A stretch of 64,000 bases of DNA. Source: Rhodospirillaceae bacterium TMED23 (GTDB lineage Bacteria > Pseudomonadota > Alphaproteobacteria > Rhodospirillales > UBA2165). The position numbers and the translations under genes are program-made. Location: NCBI GenBank assembly GCA_002168115.1, contig NHCC01000019.1, forward strand, positions 60,288 through 124,287, read 5' to 3'. Numbering within the stretch: the first letter of the stretch is position 1; each line of letters begins with the position of its first letter. The notes below the pieces were generated by a model. That model worked only from the letters and a program-made list of their open reading frames with translations, had not been told where the DNA came from and searched no databases. This document shows, one piece after another, positions 58,371-64,000 of this stretch.

Positions 58371-59431
58371 CCCAATGCAGACTCAACATGCGCAATGACT
58401 TTCTTCATAACTGTAGGTAAGGCGTGGTCGTTAAATTGATGGGGCATACTCCAAATATCTCCTATTAAACTTTTACCTTCATACGTTCCTGATAGAATTT
58501 CTAAATCTAAGTGAAAATGTGTAAATGTGTGACGAATAGTGCCTGGAACAATTGTCCAATTAATATCAAAGGGCGCCTGTTCAATTAATTCCGCCCGCGA
58601 TTTTCTCTCCACTTCCCAAGATGAGGACGGAATCTCAATCATCCCACCTAACAACCCCTTCTCTGGTCTCTTTCTAAGAAGTACTTTACCTGATGAACGA
58701 GTCACCCAAAAAACTGTTGCTTGCCGTAACGGTTTTATTGGCTTCTTTTCCCTTTTTGGGAGTTCTCCCTCGAGGCCTTTAGACTTTGCAATACAATTAT
58801 GCATTAAAGGGCAAATGCTGCACTTTGATGATTTCGGCGTACAAATAGTTGCGCCTATATCCATTAACGCCTGAGCATAATCCCCAGCCCTTTGGTCTGG
58901 GGTCATTTGTTTAGCCAATTGATAGAGGTATTTTTTAGATTTTGGAAGTGGCTCCGCTACCGCATATAGCCGTGTTATCACTCTTTCTATATTGCCATCC
59001 ATCGGTGTTGCTTTTTTGTTAAAGGCAATAGCCATAATCGCAGACGCCGTATAGGGACCTATTCCAGGAAGAGACAAAAGCGCACTTTCCGTCTCTGGAA
59101 ATCTGCTATCATAATCAGAAGAAATAGCTTTTGCACATTTGTGAAGGTTACGTGCTCTCGCATAATAACCAAGACCTTGCCAGGCGTGAAGGACATCATC
59201 CAACGATGCTTCGGCTAAATTCTCTATCTTTGGCCACCGCGTTAGAAAATATTCAAAGTAGGACTTAACAGTCGCGACCGTTGTCTGTTGAAGCATAATT
59301 TCACTTAACCAAACGTGATAAGGATTGGGCACAACACCAGGCTCAGATCGCCAGGGCAAAGTGCGTCTATGCGCATCATACCAACCCAGAATTTTTGTTA
59401 CTCTTTCTTTAATTTCTTTCTGTTTATCCAA
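58367..59431 (-). CDS. mutY: A/G-specific adenine DNA glycosylase
   Basis: 354 aa with LSEIMLQQT, DGNIERV, the 4Fe-4S loop CTPKSSKCSICPLMHNC and a C-terminal NUDIX-like domain. Confidence 0.9.
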   Translation of the reverse strand: MDKQKEIKERVTKILGWYDAHRRTLPWRSEPGVVPNPYHVWLSEIMLQQTTVATVKSYFEYFLTRWPKIENLAEASLDDVLHAWQGLGYYARARNLHKCAKAISSDYDSRFPETESALLSLPGIGPYTASAIMAIAFNKKATPMDGNIERVITRLYAVAEPLPKSKKYLYQLAKQMTPDQRAGDYAQALMDIGATICTPKSSKCSICPLMHNCIAKSKGLEGELPKREKKPIKPLRQATVFWVTRSSGKVLLRKRPEKGLLGGMIEIPSSSWEVERKSRAELIEQAPFDINWTIVPGTIRHTFTHFHLDLEILSGTYEGKSLIGDIWSMPHQFNDHALPTVMKKVIAHVESALG

Positions 59432-59547
59432 GACTTAATCCCACTTACCCACAAAATTATCTTAGGTTGATTAGACAAGAATTTCTAAATAGCATAAGAA
59501 ATCTAGACGATAAATGAAAAGCTTTGTTACTCTCACTTGGAAAATAA

Positions 59548-60024
59548 ATGACCATACGCCGCTACCAATCGAGAAGCATCAGTCATACAGTAGAAAAATT
59601 GACGCGACCTATATTTGGAGAGCGTGGGTTTAGCTCAGGTAAAATACTATCCGAGTGGCCAAACATTGTCGGCGTATTACTCTCTAAACATACATTTCCT
59701 GAAAAAATATCATACCCGCTAAGGGAGCGAATAAATGGGACCCTTTTTCTTCGAATTGATAGCCCTGCACTTTCATTAGAATTACAGCATATGGAAGTTC
59801 AGTTGCTTGAGAAAATTAATATTCACTTCGGGTTTAAAGCCGTTACACGGATCAAATTACTACAAGGTACGTTGCCAACACACGCGTTCAAAGAGCCAAA
59901 ACCAAAACGCAAATTAACAGAGAATGAGCATCTAGAACTTTCCAATAAACTCGATAAAATAAGCGATCCCGATTTGAAACAAGCGCTTCAGGCCTTAGGA
60001 TCAGAAGTCAAAACAAATAATTAA
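59548..60024 (+). CDS. DUF721 (DciA-like) domain protein
   Basis: 158 aa with the pattern ...ILSEWPNIVG...TLFLRIDSPALSLELQHMEVQLLEKIN. It is divergent from mutY, as is common for DUF721 genes in alphaproteobacteria (from memory). Confidence 0.65.
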   Translation: MTIRRYQSRSISHTVEKLTRPIFGERGFSSGKILSEWPNIVGVLLSKHTFPEKISYPLRERINGTLFLRIDSPALSLELQHMEVQLLEKINIHFGFKAVTRIKLLQGTLPTHAFKEPKPKRKLTENEHLELSNKLDKISDPDLKQALQALGSEVKTNN

Positions 60025-60195
60025 TATATTCTCTGGGTAAAGCCGGCTCTTTTTGTATAACTCAATGAATATATGTTCTTATTTTAGCCAAGTTATCCCC
60101 AATTTTCTTAAATATATACCTTTTTTCTTGGATCCCGACTTGTCCGCGGGAATAATGCCATTTATATTATCAATATATAGTATTAGGAGTATGTT

Positions 60196-60858
60196 TTGAA
60201 CAAATATGTAGTAAATAATTTTATAATCCATCGGTTTATAGTCTTAATCGCGTATTCTACCTTGTGTTTTATGACAATCGCAACAACCGAGGCTTCAGCA
60301 AATAGTCACGGGAAAACAGTATTGCCACCCCTGAAACAAATTTTATCAGATAGAATTGAGGGTGATCCTGGTGCACCGATTACAATGATCGAATACGCCT
60401 CCATGACTTGCCCCCATTGTGCAGAGTTTCATACTGGAACTTATAAATTAATAAAGGAAGAATATGTAAAAACAGGAAAAGTTAAATTTATATACCGTGA
60501 TTTCCCGCTTGATCGTCTAGGTCTTGCCGCAGCAATGATGGCACGATGTGCTCCGAAAGAGAGATATTTTGCAATTGTAAATATAATTTACCAATCTCAA
60601 GAAAGCTGGGCGAGAGCATCGGACCCCGCGGCTGCTTTGGCACAAATCGCCAAACTTGCAGGTATGTCAAAAAAGACTTTTGATTCCTGTATTGTTGATA
60701 AAAATATATATGAAGGTGTCATGAAAATTCGGAATGATGGCGATAAAAAATTCAATATTAAGGCAACCCCAACTATTTTAATTGATGGTAAAACTTTCGA
60801 GGGCGACAAAACCATTAAAGCATTTCGCTCTGAGTTAAATGCGTTATTAAAAAAATAA
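60196..60858 (+). CDS. DsbA family thiol:disulfide oxidoreductase
   Basis: 220 aa. The TTG start has AGGAG 6 nt upstream. A signal peptide ends EASA, and the active site is CPHC. Confidence 0.85.
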   Translation: MNKYVVNNFIIHRFIVLIAYSTLCFMTIATTEASANSHGKTVLPPLKQILSDRIEGDPGAPITMIEYASMTCPHCAEFHTGTYKLIKEEYVKTGKVKFIYRDFPLDRLGLAAAMMARCAPKERYFAIVNIIYQSQESWARASDPAAALAQIAKLAGMSKKTFDSCIVDKNIYEGVMKIRNDGDKKFNIKATPTILIDGKTFEGDKTIKAFRSELNALLKK

Positions 60859-60881
60859 ATTTATAAGGGACGTGGGCGACC

Positions 60882-63800
60882 GTGCAATTTTCGAAACTCC
60901 GCTTAACTGGCTTTAAATCATTTGTTGATCAGACCGAACTTGATATTCTCCCCGGCGTGACTGGCGTTGTTGGGCCAAATGGGTGCGGAAAGTCCAATCT
61001 TGTCGAAGCTCTTAAATGGGTCATGGGCGAAACATCTGCTAAACAGATGCGGGGTGGAGATATGGATGACGTCATATTTTCGGGATCAAGAAACCGGCCC
61101 GCGCGGAATATTGCTGAAGTCGGTTTGGGGTTAGATAATTCAAATAGAAAAGCACCCGCTCAATTTAACCAAATGGACGAACTCGATGTAACTCGCAAGA
61201 TTGAGCGGGAAAAAGGATCAACGTATCGCGTAAATTCCAAAGAAGTTCGAGCGAAAGACGTACATCTATTATTTGCCGACTCTGCAACCGGCGCACGTTC
61301 AACGGCACTCGTAAGTCAGGGGCAGATTGGCGAAATAGTCTCTGCTAAACCCGCTCAAAGAAGGAAACTTCTTGAAGAAGCAGCCGGAATATCGGGCTTA
61401 CACACTCGCCGACACGAAGCTGAACTTCGGTTGCGCGGTGCTGAAACAAATCTTGAGCGTCTCGACGACGTTATGATCACTCTTGATGGACAAATGTTAA
61501 CTCTGCGAAAACAGGCCCGGCAAGCTAAGCGATACCGTAATTTAAATGATCACATCAGGAAAGCAGAGGCGACTCTTCTTTTAATTCAGTGGAATACTTT
61601 AAATAGTGAGATTCATAAATCTCAAGAAGCTCTAAAATTTAAAGAAGAAACAGTAACTGAGTTAACCCGAAAAACATCGAGTGCCACGATAATTCAAAAT
61701 AAAGCAGCAGATCATCTTCCCCAACTGAGAAATACTGAGGTGCAAGCTGCCGCAATTCTACAAAGGCTAAATTCAGCGCGGGAAAATCTCGAAGAAGAAA
61801 AAAATCGGCTTATTCAGCAAAAAGAAGAATGTGAAAACCGCCTAAAACAAATTAGCCAAGATATTGAAAGAGAGAGAAACCTGACCTCTGATGCAGAAGC
61901 CGCCATCAGAAATTTAGAAGAAGAAAAATTACGTATCACTGACCTTGAGACAAATCAGGGACAAAATATTATGGAAGCTGGCGATGCGTTGGAAGAAATT
62001 CGTGAAGAATATGCAAACCTAGAGTCCCAGTTAGGTACATTAACCCAGGAATCTGCAAATGAGCAAGCAAAGCGTAATGACCTCGCGCAAAGAAAAAAAG
62101 AAGCGGAAACCCGATTTTCACGATTACAAACAGAGGAACAGCAAGGCCTAGCTGAACTCGAAAAATTAGGACAAGACCTCTTAGATAAAGTTGAAATTGA
62201 TAAATATGAGAGTGCATTCTCTTTTGCCCAACAATCTCAGGATAAAATGCGTAATTATGCAGATGAGATGGAAGAGTCGAGGATCCTAGCTAATCAAAAT
62301 TTAACAACAGCTAGAAATGAATCACAAATTGTTCAAAATGAAACCAATAAATTACAAGCTGAAATAAAAGCCTTAACCGAAATTTTAGAGACCGGCGATC
62401 CTGATCAGTGGCCACCCTTAATCGATACTCTAAATGTTGAACCAGGTTTAGAAACAGCCTTAGGTGCTGCCTTGGGCGAAGATCTGAGCGCTGCGACGAA
62501 TAATTCATCTCCAGTACACTGGAGATCAATTAAACCTGAAGATAATATGCCAAAACTTCCAAGTAAAGCTAGACCACTGAGCAATTATGTAAGTGGTTCC
62601 CAGATAGTTATTTCAAGGTTATCACAGATTGGTATTGTCGATGATATTGCGACTGGTTGGGATCTGTTTCCAAAACTAAAGCAAGGTCAACGGTTGGTAA
62701 CTCTTAATGGTGATTTCTGGCGTTGGGATGGTTACACTTCTTCGGCAGAGGCTTCAACAACAGTCGCAATAAAACTACAGCAACGAAACCGCCTCATTAA
62801 GGCTGAAGAAAATCTCAAAAATCTACAAGAGAAAATTCAATTGTCTCAAACTCTTGTTGAAGAGGCTGATAAAAAATTTGAAGTAGCCATTAAGAATGAG
62901 AAAAAAGCTCGTGCAGAAGCTAGAAATGCGGAGAATGTTCGCGATAGAGCCCAACGAGAAATGACACAGATAAATAACAGCTTCAGTGAAACAGACGCAA
63001 AAATTATTTCCCGCAAAGAAGCCATGGCACGAATCACTGCCGATATTCAGGAAGTGACGTCAATTATATCCGACTTAAACGTGTCTGAATTATCTTTATC
63101 CAAAAATGAGGAGACAGAAATAAAATTATCTGAGCTTAAAATAATTTGTGGGGATAAACGCGAGGCGTTAGTTGCGGGACAAACAAGATTTGATACTTTA
63201 AATGCTCAACAAAGAGAACGACAAGACCGTCTGAAGGCTATCACAAGTCAAATAACAAATTGGTCGATAAGAAAAAATGAGGCAAAAGCTCAATTAGAGG
63301 AGCGAACACAGAGGAAATTTTCTATCGAAGAACAACGCCAACAACTTAATCAAAAGCCAAAAATTTTAGAGGCTAATCAACGTAATCTTGATGAGAGCAT
63401 TGATGATGCGGAAGTTAAAAGACGGGCTGCTGCAGATCAATTAGCTCAAGCAGAGACAAAACTGAGAAGCGCTGAAAAAGACGTTCGAGAGTTGGAAAGT
63501 AAACTAGGGCAAGCCCGGGAAGAACGAATTCGTTTTGAAGCCAATTTAGATCAACTCAGAGTAAACTCAAGATCCTTAGAAGAGCGCATGACAGAACGGC
63601 TTGATTGCAATCCATCGGATTTACCAGAAATAGCAGCAATTCAAGATCAAACCGAACTTCCTAATCTAGAAAGTGCCGAGAAACGCGTGCAAAGACTGTT
63701 ACGAGAACGTGAAAATATGGGGCCAGTAAATTTACTTGCCGAATCGGAAGCAAGTGAGCTCGAAGAACAAATAGAAACACTTCAGTCAGAACGGGAAGAT

Positions 63801-64000
63801 TTAATAACTGCAATTAGTAAATTGCGCCGTAGTATCAGTGAACTTAACCGCGAGGGACGCCAGCGCCTTCTTAAATCTTTTGAAGAAGTAAACAAACATT
63901 TTAAGAAATTATTTGTTCGTTTATTTGGGGGAGGCCGCGCGCACTTAGAACTTATTGAATCAGATGATCCACTTGAAGCCGGCCTAGAGATAATGGCAAG
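60882..64000 (+). CDS. smc: chromosome segregation protein SMC, N-terminal ~1039 codons (continues beyond right edge)
   Basis: GTG start. VQFSKLRLTGFKSFVDQTELDILPGVTGVVGPNGCGKSNLVEALKWVMGE (Walker A) is followed by a long coiled coil with a hinge near 62.4-62.8 kb. The frame is open to the window end, so it is not in the ORF track. Confidence 0.9.
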   Translation, partial: MQFSKLRLTGFKSFVDQTELDILPGVTGVVGPNGCGKSNLVEALKWVMGETSAKQMRGGDMDDVIFSGSRNRPARNIAEVGLGLDNSNRKAPAQFNQMDELDVTRKIEREKGSTYRVNSKEVRAKDVHLLFADSATGARSTALVSQGQIGEIVSAKPAQRRKLLEEAAGISGLHTRRHEAELRLRGAETNLERLDDVMITLDGQMLTLRKQARQAKRYRNLNDHIRKAEATLLLIQWNTLNSEIHKSQEALKFKEETVTELTRKTSSATIIQNKAADHLPQLRNTEVQAAAILQRLNSARENLEEEKNRLIQQKEECENRLKQISQDIERERNLTSDAEAAIRNLEEEKLRITDLETNQGQNIMEAGDALEEIREEYANLESQLGTLTQESANEQAKRNDLAQRKKEAETRFSRLQTEEQQGLAELEKLGQDLLDKVEIDKYESAFSFAQQSQDKMRNYADEMEESRILANQNLTTARNESQIVQNETNKLQAEIKALTEILETGDPDQWPPLIDTLNVEPGLETALGAALGEDLSAATNNSSPVHWRSIKPEDNMPKLPSKARPLSNYVSGSQIVISRLSQIGIVDDIATGWDLFPKLKQGQRLVTLNGDFWRWDGYTSSAEASTTVAIKLQQRNRLIKAEENLKNLQEKIQLSQTLVEEADKKFEVAIKNEKKARAEARNAENVRDRAQREMTQINNSFSETDAKIISRKEAMARITADIQEVTSIISDLNVSELSLSKNEETEIKLSELKIICGDKREALVAGQTRFDTLNAQQRERQDRLKAITSQITNWSIRKNEAKAQLEERTQRKFSIEEQRQQLNQKPKILEANQRNLDESIDDAEVKRRAAADQLAQAETKLRSAEKDVRELESKLGQAREERIRFEANLDQLRVNSRSLEERMTERLDCNPSDLPEIAAIQDQTELPNLESAEKRVQRLLRERENMGPVNLLAESEASELEEQIETLQSEREDLITAISKLRRSISELNREGRQRLLKSFEEVNKHFKKLFVRLFGGGRAHLELIESDDPLEAGLEIMA

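Overview
This is a 64-kb chromosomal segment from an AT-rich, tightly packed bacterial genome. Gene content and synteny look alphaproteobacterial, probably a streamlined marine lineage: gatCAB; ruvX-pyrB-pyrC-plsY-topA-rnr-rpmG; hisZ-purA; UDG next to ETF-QO; TPR-ispE; mutY/DUF721/dsbA/smc. That placement is inference only. I call 57 protein-coding loci. One is apparently disrupted, and two run off the window edges (hmgA on the left, smc on the right). Those two plus rpmG are missing from the ORF track. I also call one tRNA-Gln(UUG), one clear intrinsic terminator and a few candidate operators and promoters. I saw no rRNA, CRISPR array, transposase, integrase or phage genes. The region 28.9-46.3 kb reads as an accessory catabolic island. 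It holds a BKACE enzyme, two cyclase-type amidohydrolases, two paralogous HIBADH-like dehydrogenases, a PuuE-like deacetylase, an ABM monooxygenase remnant and a GST. It also holds DUF1330, a VOC protein, a TRAP transporter plus a signal-less DctP paralog, a three-subunit molybdenum hydroxylase and a TetR regulator. Most worth a second look: (1) an orphan, G+C-rich 859-aa flagellin-like gene whose core is a tandem pair of PPC-like modules (55791-58370); (2) a tail-anchored pseudokinase translationally coupled to a multi-TM protein (24310-27088); (3) a 14-bp palindrome TGATCAATTG(A/C)TCA shared by two promoter regions of the island; (4) several apparently degenerate active sites or genes (PyrC-prime-like dihydroorotase lacking HxH, a UDG with GYVPA in place of GEAPG, an ABM gene with TAA at codon 4). 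All functional calls rest on motifs I recognised by eye in the translations. No database search was run.
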